A program made the position numbers and the translations under genes. A stretch of DNA of 62,892 bases, filler included, from Octopus bimaculoides (taxonomy: Eukaryota), in NCBI RefSeq assembly GCF_001194135.2. It is 7 parts of 7 records of this genome, joined end to end, with 100 filler letters (N's around TTAATTAATTAA, not from the genome) between each part and the next. Parts side by side here need not be neighbours in the genome. Positions count along the whole stretch, not along the records: positions 1 to 15,705 come from NC_068984.1; 6 more parts are not named here. One strand, written 5' to 3'. A model generated the notes under the pieces. It was not told the DNA's origin and ran no database searches. It was given only the letters and a program-made list of their open reading frames with translations. This document shows, in pieces, positions 1 to 11,167 of the stretch; position 1 is the first letter of the stretch, and every line of letters starts with the position of its first letter.

Positions 1-880
1 TTTCCAGGAGATGCCGTCCCTGCTAAGAGCAATCCCTGTTTATTCTGTGGACTAATGAAAAGATGCTTAATAGAACTTCTGAAAGACTATCGAGATACCT
101 ACACGCATATAAATGTAGTTTAGCACAAAGCAGTGAGAATGAATTTTGAGTAACTGTTAACTTAGTGTAATTTTATTTTATTTTACTTTAAGGTATGGAT
201 GACTTAAATTTATTTTAAACCTGCCCGTTCTTCTAAACACCTACTAAATATCTTACTCGGTTTGTAGTTATGAGTGCGCCTAACCTCGCGTGTGCCTATG
301 CTCACATTTATGCTAATTCTTGTATGAGCGTGTGTACTCGTGCCATGCTGCTTGCACGAGGGCGTTTATACATCCATATCGGTTAACGGTTATATTCAAT
401 ACTTTTCTCGCTGGATTAAGTGTTCGTTTATCTTTTTTTCTTCTGCAATTGTATTTTTGGATCTACGATATATATGAAGAATTTTCCTCCGTCTGGCTGT
501 TTTTCTCTCTACAAAACGGAAAGTTGCATTATGAAACAGTCATTTTAACGAGATTTTTTTTTATTTATCATCCGACGAGGTACATCTGCACCATCGGATA
601 CTCCTGAACCAGTTTTTATGTGTCCCACAAGAGGAGTCGATGCTAGATGTGTCGAAACAATTGTGATTAATAATATATTCTCGTATATTCCATCTTCTGT
701 CTTTCATTCGTTATTTATCTCTCTCTATATATATTATATATATATAATATATCTATCCATTTACATATATATATATTTATATTATATATCTATATATGTA
801 TATATATATATTAAAAACACCAAAATGGGACAAGAACGCAAAACATCCAGATAGACGATACAAAGAAAACAAGGACGGGT
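1..880 (+). mobile_element. Probable 3' end of a Penelope-like element (decayed), running into a (TA)n tract
   Basis: The first ~110 nt read NPCLFCGLMKRCLIELL, loosely like the CxxC at the end of PLE GIY-YIG domains. A degenerate ...GAG..GAAAC motif sits at ~630-660 and a TA microsatellite at ~725-810. Assignment is tentative. Confidence 0.3.
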
Positions 881-3730
881 CATTCTGAGTTTTCTTTCCT
901 CAGTCAAGTTTCAGATTATCTTTGCAATTGTGGCTGGTTATACTCGAGATGGCTCCAATCTGGCCAGCCCCAAGGAAAAACTAAGAAAAATTGTCAAAAT
1001 GTTTTACATTTTGGCGTTTTGCTGAAATTTTTCTTGAGAAATTTCTTGGAAAGAGCTGCCTAACACAGCTAATAGAGCACTTCAACTGCATGTCTCTAAG
1101 CAAGTCATTTTCTTCTAGGAACGTGGTCAGTCTTTTTCTGACAACGCGTTCCATGATCTTGCTGACATGTGAGGTCAGAGAGATAGGCCTGCAGTTTATA
1201 GCATCTGCTCTGGTTCCTCCTTTGTGGACAGAGCAGATTATTCCTTCTTTTAACATTTGAGGAAATGTACCGCATTCAAGGGAAGTCTGGAAAAGCATTT
1301 ACAGTTGTTTTGCAAGAGCTTTCTTGCATGTTTTTAATAGAATTGCTGGCAGTCCACCCGAGCCTGTTGCAGTGTTTGGATTTATCTCCTCAATGGCCGA
1401 CAATACATCCTCTTCTGGATTTTCAATGTAATTGATGGTCGCGTTTTTCTCTTGTAAGTTACAGATGTTGAAGATCTCACCAGGTCTGCTTATTTTCAAG
1501 CTTTCTAGTGTGGAAGTGAAGACACTTTGGATTGTTTATTGAGTGATTTAATTATCCTCTTGGGGTCTGCAGTCAGTGAGCCCTTTTCAACAAACAGTGG
1601 CCCTATCATGTATCGCACTGAGGCAGACTCTTTTGCGAACTTGTAGATGGCTTTAGGGTTTCTTTTTGTATTTTCCACCGCACTGGCTTCCCCGCTTACT
1701 CTGTTTTTCATGGTTGAGTCTGATTTTATTCTCAGTCTCTAAGAGCGCCGTTTTGAGGTAGGGCTTTTTGCTGTCATTAGGCTCCTTATTTAAACGATTC
1801 GAGATCTTTATCTTCCGTCTCATTAGGATTCTTCTATCTCGGGGAATAATGTTCTTATGTGTGGTGGCTTCCTTTTCCGGGACAAAATGCATATGGCTCG
1901 CATTATTGACATGAATTCACTGAATTTCATGTCAATAATGCGAGCCTCGATTTTTTAAGCCAGTTTTGCTGGAGCATCTCTTTGTTGATGAACTTCTAGC
2001 CTGCCTTGTAGAAGTTCAGGTTGGCTAGCACTTGGGATCCAGCAGTGTTATATGATTATTTAATTAGCTTAGGTCCATATATTGACAGTTCTATTATGTC
2101 ATGGTCTGAGTACTCGTGTCAGTCCCTTAAGGCCATCTAATGTTGGGGAAATTGAAGTCACCCATCAGAAGTACATTAAAGCATTGGCTTAGGCTTGTAA
2201 ATACTTCTTTTATCTTTGTAAGACATTCCTCAAACTTGCCACCGTAGTTTGAGGCATCGGGTGGGTGGTATAATGTGCATATTACTACGGCAAATGGCTT
2301 TAGATTACCATGGGTGTGTCGCAGACCGCATTCGAATGCGACAGCAGTGACAATACTGTGACAGCTTTACAGATGTACATCGCAACTCCACCGTGACTTC
2401 TCTCTTTCCTGTCTGTGCGGAACACAGTATACATTGATATTTGTATCTCTGCGTCATGTATGTCTGCAGACAGATGAGTCTCTGTGAGTACAATACATAT
2501 AGCTTGATTGCATGCAGACAGTTCCCCAAGTATGTAATTTTGCTTTTGCTGTTGTTTTGCAAGAGGCTTCTGATCTTCATCAATAGAATTGGTGTGATGG
2601 GCGACTCGGCGGCAGTGGTGGCCATTCTGGTTGCATTACTTGTGGTGGTCTTGTGTGTGGGTGTACATGGCTTAATTTCGTTTGTAGCCATGATAACTGC
2701 TGCGCTATCGTTTATGCGATACTTACAATATGTTGTTGCAGTTTGCACCGCATCTGCATGCAGCTTTTTGGTAGTCTTTTTTGTTGGTGTGCACAGTGGT
2801 GTGAACTTTCCTGGGCGTGGGTGCTTATCCTGATTGCCAGGTGGAGAATGGTTACTGTTGTGCATTCTATCTTGCCTAAGCTTTGGGTGTACAAAATAGC
2901 AGTGTCTCTCCATGCCAGCAGACTTCTTTTATGTAGAATTTGCAGGTTGCATTTATGGATTTAGCCTTAGGTTTGAAGTCAGCTGCATCTGTCTTGCAGC
3001 TGATTCCTCTCGCTGAGCTGCTACGTTGGGAGAGGGAGTTGGAGTCGTTTCTCTTGAGAGCTCTGGGACTCTTTTCTTGTTCCTCTTCAATTTCCACATT
3101 ACTACGATTACCCACGTTAGTGGATATAGTGCTGGTTGTTCCGAGCTCTCGCTTGGGGGCATCAGTTTTGGTGTTTTCCATGCAAACAATTTTCTCAGGC
3201 GAATGAGCATTTTTAAATTTGAAAATGTTGTCTAACTTGTCCAGATGTAGCCTGATGAGTTCATAGGAGTGGCTGAGTTCTTTCTTTTTTCGTCCTCTCT
3301 GCGCCTCGGTCCTATTGAATCCATTGTTTTTCAGGGCTGCAGTAATCACATTATTGGGTGGGTTATTTTCGGCAGCAACCCAAGCCCGGCGGAGTAGGTC
3401 TGTTTTCGTGTCCTTCCAGGTTGCCGTCTCAACTGTGTTACTACTTTCTTTACGACATGTGACTAATTGGTGAGTGCAGAGAGAGGGAGAGAGGGGTCGG
3501 GATAGGGATATCATGGGAGGGAGAGGAGTAGGGGAAGTAAAGATGAGAAGAGAGTAGAGCAGAAGAATACACAAGGAGGGAGGGGTGGGAGAAGAGAAAA
3601 TGGAAGAGGAGTAGAGCAGAAGAGTACACTAGGAGAGGGAAGGAGGTTAGGCAAGGATAGTGAGGAAAGCAAATTGATAGGTGAGAGTGGGGAACAAGGG
3701 TTCTACAATCTCACGGAGAATTGATTCAAG
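880..3730 (-). mobile_element. CR1/L2-like non-LTR retrotransposon (ORF1, APE endonuclease, start of RT), 3'-truncated and frameshifted
   Basis: Minus-strand translation gives an APE endonuclease (IVLTETHL...YTVFRTDRKERSHGGVAMY...YHPP...LLMGDFNFPNIRW, ~1930-2560). It also gives the RT N-terminus (GTFPQMLKEGIICSVHKGG..NCRPISLTSHVSKIMER, 981-1298) and an ORF1-like region 2876-3574 with a CCCH finger. Confidence 0.9.
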
Positions 3731-3879
3731 AAAGTTTAGCTGATACAAGTTTACTTTTTATTTTCAAATGTCCGGCTGTATAGGACAAATTTACGTTAAC
3801 AAGTTTATACCATCCAGTATTGATTAGCTTAAAGGGCTTCTCTCTCGTATTTTTTAAGCCTATTTATCTGTATATATTT

Positions 3880-3943
3880 GTATGTATGTACTCCTCTATG
3901 TGAGTGTGTAAGGAACATAAAGCTGAACAGAGTCGAGTCGAAG

Positions 3944-3975
<32 letters not shown>

Positions 3976-4201
3976 NNNNNNNNNNTATATATATGTCTAT
4001 ATATGTGTATGTGTATATGTGCATATATATATGTGTATATATATATATATATGTGTGCATGTGTATATATGTGCATATATATGTGTATATGTATATATAT
4101 ATATATATATATATACACATTTATGTATATATATATATACATATATATACATATATGTATATATATGTATGTATATATGTATGTATATGTGTATATATGC
4201 A

Positions 4202-4240
<39 letters not shown>
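3880..4240. repeat. (TA)n/(TATG)n microsatellite with a 10-N gap
   Basis: Direct reading of the sequence. Confidence 0.95.
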
Positions 4241-4330
4241 GGGAGAATATGCAAATAATAACAACAGACGAGGACAGGTGGTGTAAATAACAAAAGGATA
4301 TATTAGTATGACGCTCGGGAATACGGAAAG

Positions 4331-4367
4331 TCTTTGACGTTTCGAGCTACGCTCTTCAACAGAAAGA
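4331..4367 (-). ncRNA. Putative minimal type I hammerhead ribozyme (dimer-type) in a short repeat spanning ~4240-4410
   Basis: Minus strand reads UCUUU-CUGUUGA-A-GAGC(GUA)GCUC-GAAA-CG-UC-AAAGA. This gives a 5-bp stem I, a 4-bp stem II, a palindromic ACGU stem III and a GUC cleavage triplet. The core deviates from consensus (U at position 6, extra A after A9). Activity is not shown. Confidence 0.6.
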
Positions 4368-5639
4368 ATACGGAGACAAGGAGAAAAACACGGAGAAAAA
4401 AAATTGAATTATATAATCTCCACATAATTAAATCAATGGCCAACTAGCCCAATGGACTTGCTTCTTGTGTTTGTTTCTCCATTCTCCACATAATCATAAT
4501 TATAAACTGCGGTTTAAACAATAAATTACCTGCCTCTGGATACCTTCTAACGAAGACGGTACCCACACAAGTAATTTCCAGGAGCGCCTTCGGATTTAAC
4601 TATCTCCTGGTTGCTTAGATACTACAGACTTCCCCTGAAATATTGAAGCAATCCTATCATTTACCTATATTTCTATATATCCCAAATAATATCAATCTAG
4701 ATTCGTTTAGCTCGAAGACAACCTTTGGCTATTATAATAACAAACTACAACAATATATAAGTATATAGATTAAGTATCAGGGTCTTACATAATCTAGTGA
4801 CTGTAATAAAACGTGTAAAGAAATGTAAATAATAATATAGTATTATATTGGTAATATATAACAACTCTTCTCTTTTATCTAAAGTTATTGATATTAAAAA
4901 ATTGTTTAAAGTAACTGTTCTTTATTTACTTAGCTTATCGGAGGGAGAATTCCGTAATAAATATTAAGAGAAACTTAGAGCTACAATAACTACAACCTAT
5001 ATAACCCCATAAATACAGAGTAATAATAATGGATATCAAAATATTACTAGTTTTTCAGAAGTAACCAAATTTGAAGTTACATGAATAAGGATCATTCACA
5101 GTAACTAACAAGTAAATGTCCAAGATACTTATATTATGGAAGGGAGAACTCAGTAAATAATATAAAGTAAAGTAAGATAAGCAAAAACAAGGATTAAGTA
5201 CCTATCCGCGATAAGATCTAATCAATATTATTTTTTTAGATAAAGGACTATAAACAGTATATATCCGAATTCTTTCAGAAGTAACTAAATTATAGTGTTG
5301 CAATAAGAATACAAGTTATAAACTATACAATACAATAAAAATTATTATTGTGGTTATTAAATTTAGTGTAGTAAATCAAATAAAACTATTCATTTATTAT
5401 TATCATCACTATTATTAACATCATCAATTAATTAATTAATTAAATGAATGTATTTATATATATAATTATTTAGTATAATTAAGGTATTTGTAATTAGTAA
5501 TTAACATAAAATTACTAATATAATGATGTATTTTACAGTAACTACAAGAATTTGCACTAGAAAAATTCAAGATAAATTAAAAAGATAATTTTCCAAATTC
5601 TACATTGTTATATAGATTAAGATGACAAAGCGTAAAGTT

Positions 5640-5679
5640 ATACCTACATATACATATATATATTCACATACATATACAT

Positions 5680-5723
<44 letters not shown>

Positions 5724-5724
5724 G

Positions 5725-5770
<46 letters not shown>

Positions 5771-5780
5771 NNNNNNNNNN

Positions 5781-5828
<48 letters not shown>

Positions 5829-5994
5829 GCAAACATACACATGTACAACTGTACCCATATATACACACATATGGATACGCATACACATACAACTACATAT
5901 GTATATATGTATGTATATGTGGATATATTTGTACATGTCTATGTGTATTACTGTGTATACATATGTACTCATATGTGTATATAAGTATATAAAT

Positions 5995-6034
<40 letters not shown>
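5640..6034. repeat. (CA)n/(TA)n compound microsatellite preceding a ~690-N gap
   Basis: Direct reading of the sequence. Confidence 0.95.
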
Positions 6035-6901
6035 NNNNNNNNNNNNNNNNNNNNNNNNNNNNNNNNNNNNNNNNNNNNNNNNNNNNNNNNNNNNNNNNNN
6101 NNNNNNNNNNNNNNNNNNNNNNNNNNNNNNNNNNNNNNNNNNNNNNNNNNNNNNNNNNNNNNNNNNNNNNNNNNNNNNNNNNNNNNNNNNNNNNNNNNNN
6201 NNNNNNNNNNNNNNNNNNNNNNNNNNNNNNNNNNNNNNNNNNNNNNNNNNNNNNNNNNNNNNNNNNNNNNNNNNNNNNNNNNNNNNNNNNNNNNNNNNNN
6301 NNNNNNNNNNNNNNNNNNNNNNNNNNNNNNNNNNNNNNNNNNNNNNNNNNNNNNNNNNNNNNNNNNNNNNNNNNNNNNNNNNNNNNNNNNNNNNNNNNNN
6401 NNNNNNNNNNNNNNNNNNNNNNNNNNNNNNNNNNNNNNNNNNNNNNNNNNNNNNNNNNNNNNNNNNNNNNNNNNNNNNNNNNNNNNNNNNNNNNNNNNNN
6501 NNNNNNNNNNNNNNNNNNNNNNNNNNNNNNNNNNNNNNNNNNNNNNNNNNNNNNNNNNNNNNNNNNNNNNNNNNNNNNNNNNNNNNNNNNNNNNNNNNNN
6601 NNNNNNNNNNNNNNNNNNNNNNNNNNNNNNNNNNNNNNNNNNNNNNNNNNNNNNNNNNNNNNNNNNNNNNNNNNNNNNNNNNNNNNNNNNNNNNNNNNNN
6701 NNNNNNNNNNNNNNNNNNNNNNNNNNNATATAACAATAATAGAGCATAAAATTTTTAAAAAATATCAGTGGCCAGTATATAAAAAGAAACCGATTAAGGT
6801 GAAATTATTTGTATAATTATAATAAGGGCTCCGAAAGAAATTTTCTAGCCTATATGCTGGGAAATAGACGCTAAATCGTTTCACCACTCAAAGAATTCAC
6901 A

Positions 6902-6932
<31 letters not shown>

Positions 6933-7370
6933 ATGTATGCATGTATGTATGTATGTATGCATATACGTACATAGATACATCGCATATAATTCATAAGTAG
7001 ATATGTTTGTCACACAAATAAATGCCCAATATTCATAGGTATAAATATGATATTACAATCCGTTGTATATCTAATATTTACCATTAGTATTCGGACGGGT
7101 GCCTGTATTACTTACAAATTTCTACCAACTACTAATATTTTATGCAAAACACTATTAATTATCCATATGAACCTTATAATATTTCATTTCAACACTTAAT
7201 GATTGAGAGAGAAAAAATGTATACGTATATACGTAAGTGCAGTAGTCGACAAAATTAACCTGGCGTTATGTTATTTGAAATTTATCGACGCTGAGCATTT
7301 AAGAAAGTGTCTGAACATTACAGCTTTCAATTTTTATTTTGAATTAATGTTTAATTTATTCTCATTTCAG

Positions 7371-7966
7371 TTTGCAACAAAACTCAAGAAACAGATTTGA
7401 TGTTCATAGTCAATAACCATTTGCTAGGATATAATAAGACTGAGAAAATTGTGAATGTAGTTGCTGAGATTATCGAGCTTCTCGGTAAAGAGTCGCCCAT
7501 CCGCACAGGAATGATGTATGATGACTGTGAAACAACAGAAGATATTCCCCTCGGTTCTTTACAAGAAAAAACAGCTTTCATTCAGAAAATAGATAAAATA
7601 AAGTTTAATAGTTTTGCAGGGATGATTAGAAAACTCCGATTAAACGTTTTTCCGGTGGAAGACATAGAGACAAAGAATTCATCTCGGCGAATCGGCTTTC
7701 TTTTCCTGGACGAGGTGACAAATATAAACGATTTCAACGTCATTAGAGAAGTAAAACTAAGCTTAGGCAATGGTATTCAGTTATACGTTGTTGTGATCGG
7801 TGACAGAGTCGATATTTCTACCATTGAACGTAACATAGCTCCACGGGAACGAATTATTATAATACCATCATACAACGATCTAAAGTCGCTGCTGCCATCA
7901 AAATTTACTGAAAAACTTTGCCGCTTAAAAGAATCTTTGCAACACTTCCAACTTGCAAGCACTTGA
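7371..7966 (+). CDS. Terminal coding exon of a divergent von Willebrand factor A (VWA)-like domain protein; MIDAS motif degenerate
   Basis: A pyrimidine-rich acceptor ...ttattctcatttcag| ends at 7370 (phase 1). The frame is then open for ~197 codons to TGA 7964-7966: CNKTQETDLMFIVNNHLLG...IRTGMMYD...RRIGFLFLDE...GIQLYVVVIGDRVDISTIERNIAP..IIIIPSYNDL....KLC. The order of strands/helices and the flanking Cys pair match VWA (DLMFIV=beta1, IRTGMM=beta2, IGFLFLD=beta4, LYVVVIG=beta5). Upstream exons were not found. Confidence 0.8.
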
Positions 7967-9320
7967 AATTTGATAAGAGTTATATTTTTATTCAGTGACT
8001 AATTTATTTACTAAAATATTGTCTGGTTTCCTTTGGCAACAAAATAATATATGAAAACTTTGATGTGTGTATTCCATGGAATCAGTCATGTTACCGTGTA
8101 GAAACAAAAAATATTTATTTCTAGTTATTTAAAACGCAATCAATAATTAAAGATAACAGTTGCAATATATTATTTATTGCAAAAATAACTTATTGTTTAT
8201 TGGCATCGTGAAGTATGTTGTCCGATCCATTGTGTTCCAAATGCCGTTTTCCTCCTAGGTCAGAACAATTCAGGTTATAATGCTACTTTATTCGCTTAAG
8301 GAAAAATTTCCACCTGCAAATAATATTTATTTTTCTTTTAAGAATTTTTTCTCGTTAAAGTCGATTTCTGTTTAAATTAAACTATAGAGGGGCAGTTTGA
8401 TGGCTAAAGTGGTTATCCAAGATTAGTTAAAAACTATTTTAAGGCTCAGAGCAATAATAACAATATGTTGGAAATTTCTTATCATCATAAAACAATTATA
8501 ACTGCATAAAACTATCACACGCAAAATTCATATCGTCAAATTCTACTTTATCATATTGCTTGAATACATGTTCATATTCTGGTTTTGCAGAATATGATAT
8601 TATAGATCTCACAATAAATTTTAGTAACATGTAATCATTATACACCTAGGAAATATTCTAAAATGAACTACTTAATGGAACACGCGATATATGAAAACGT
8701 AGCTATTGCTATTGTGGAAATATTTTATTAGATATCAAATAATGATACAGCATTATAAATAAAACACTGCACCGAAAATGTTCATATAACAATAACAATT
8801 GTCGTTTCACAAATTACTGGACCGTAATAAATTTTTCTAATAAACATGACTGCGTGCACACACACACACACACTATTTTATTAACGCCGGAAAATCTTCC
8901 CAGAATTTCACGTGACCGTTCGTCAGACAGTCGTGATACAACAAAATAATTATTCTGCTTTATCGCAACTGTCTGACGAATAATTAAAAAATACCAATTT
9001 GCTCTACTTTTTTGGTATTTCAGTGCTATTTCCCTCATTTAGTTTTGCACTTATGAGCTTGCTTGTGGGTATGACAGATGTCTGGATGTCAATATGTTAA
9101 TAATTTCTTTTCTTGTTACAGTTTTTAGATATAGTATGATTATATTTACAAAATACGTTTGAGTGCATAGTTAGAGATATATGCGTGCTTATATAAAATA
9201 TAAAATTTGGCTTTGCTATCAGGTCTTTCAGAGTTTCATCCCACTGCGCGGTAATTTGGGCAAATATCTTATAGACCTGTACGGAAACCCATTATGCATG
9301 AAACAGGAAAAAAGAAAATG

Positions 9321-9573
9321 GTGAAGTTACCTTCGGGAGTCATGCTGACTCATAAGGGCCGGTTTGCCAGTTTCCATGGCGTATAAATTTTCTACTTGGA
9401 CGGGACACCGGTCCGGCGTTGGATTACTCATTTTTGCCTGTTGGGTGGACTGGAGCAACGTGACAATAAGTGCTTTGCCCAAGAACCTAACGCATCACCC
9501 GGTCCAAGAATCGAAACCACAATCTTATGATCATGAGTCCAACACCTCTAACCACTAAGCCACATGCCTCCAC
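9321..9573 (-). mobile_element. tRNA-derived SINE
   Basis: Minus strand has an A box (TGGCTTAGTGG) and a B box (GGTTTCGATTC), followed by a conserved-core-like TTCTTGGGCAAAGCACTT...CCAGTCCACCCA. Confidence 0.8.
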
Positions 9574-9821
9574 AAACAAATTGTCAATTGTGGGGCACGA
9601 CTGTCACTACATAAACCTGATGATTAGTAACGCATGAAAGTACTAGTTCATTTCAATATTGTAAAATTATAGAACTGTAAAATAGCAAAAATTGCAAATA
9701 ATAAAACGTGAAAATCAAACTAACTTGGAATTTCATTGATTAATATATATATATATACAGCCCTAGCTGTGATAATAACTATATAAGATATAAGCGCCTT
9801 TTTATATATACAACATCCTCT

Positions 9822-9860
<39 letters not shown>

Positions 9861-9862
<2 letters not shown>

Positions 9863-10330
9863 GGTCAGCTGGGATACTTGTCCAATCACAGGTCCTCTTT
9901 CAGGTTTCCGGAAAGACGATTCGTCATATCCCTGGCTAGCCAATTGTGGCGCCTCAATGATGAAGGAACCCCATACGATATCAAGTGGAGGATCTTAGAG
10001 CGGCCGGGACCCTACATCAACAGGAGCGATGCTGCAAGCTTTGCATAGCCGGGCGAGCAAGGATACTTAGATACCCTGAAACCTGGATCACTGAACACTC
10101 GCCAGAAACTTTACAGTTCTTGTATCTATTTCAAGCGCTACTTGCTGCAAGCATGGAATTCTTCGTTTTCCAGTTAAGCCCAGAAGGGTCCTTACGACCA
10201 AAAACCGCCAAAATACTGGTCTAAAGGAGATAACCCGTCCTCACTGACCCCGGACTATTTATTCTCTGATGACCAACTGTTTTCTACTTTCTTACTTTCA
10301 ATTCTTTCATTTGTCATTTATAAAGAATAT
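9861..10330 (+). mobile_element. Penelope-like element fragment: C-terminal GIY-YIG endonuclease plus 3' region
   Basis: Reads YLSNHRSSFR...LASQLWRLNDEGTPYDIKWRILERPGPY, then a frameshift and RCCKLC. It starts at a (TA)n tract, and a CTGATGA motif lies at ~10272. Confidence 0.8.
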
Positions 10331-11167
10331 ACTCCGAAATGTTTATTGTCTGCATTTTCTTTGAATATATTTTTTTAATTGCTGTTTTGTTTTACTTTTT
10401 TGTGCTTTCCCATCATGCGTTTTGCTTCTCTAAATTTACATATTATTTGTTTGTCTTCCCTACTTCTCAAGTTCCTTGCCTTGTTTCCACACATCACACA
10501 CTAGGTAATTCTCCCCAAAGACTACATTACAGGCTCACCACCATGTAGTCATTACATGCCAATGTAAAAATACTCATGGTAATTTCACACCATCAAGATA
10601 GCCGACCCTACGTATAGCTAACCCCCATCAATCTTTGTTTTTCCTTTTTCATTCTCCCCATCTATCTGTCTCTCTCACTATCCACCTACGAGGGGTAAAT
10701 CTCCATCAATGGAAACTTGCCAAGTCAATGACTTGCAAGCTTTTACCAAATACTGTGTACCAAGTAGAACGACAAACAACAAAACATATAAAGTAATCTA
10801 TTGATACTCCATCAGGAAGCACAATTTTCAAAACAAAATAATCATGAAGATAAGGCGAGTATTTAAACCCAACATCGAAGCCCAGGATACGAAGGAAAAA
10901 ATCTAACATTCTGCAGTAATACTGGCGGAATAAAAATGTGAGTTGCCGTGCAAGCTGAAGAGCCAATATTGTTGACGCGTTGGTGAACTGACAAGTATAT
11001 AATAGAATCAACTTTCAATATGACCATTGTTATAACAAGATGCAACAAATCTTTTAAATCACAGAATATGCATAGTTCGTTTCACTAAAAATAAATAGTG
11101 ACATGTCTTTGAAATACCTGAATTTTATGGAATGCGTTTTACGACTTATAAGTTTTTTATATCCTAG

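Noticed and set aside
2441-2833. Hydrophobic 130-aa ORF resembling a membrane protein
   Set aside because: It is the antisense shadow of the minus-strand LINE ORF1/endonuclease region.
5827-6816. Long ORFs spanning N gaps (also at 19923, 22268, 39588, 57789 and 60487)
   Set aside because: Their length comes from Ns translated as X.
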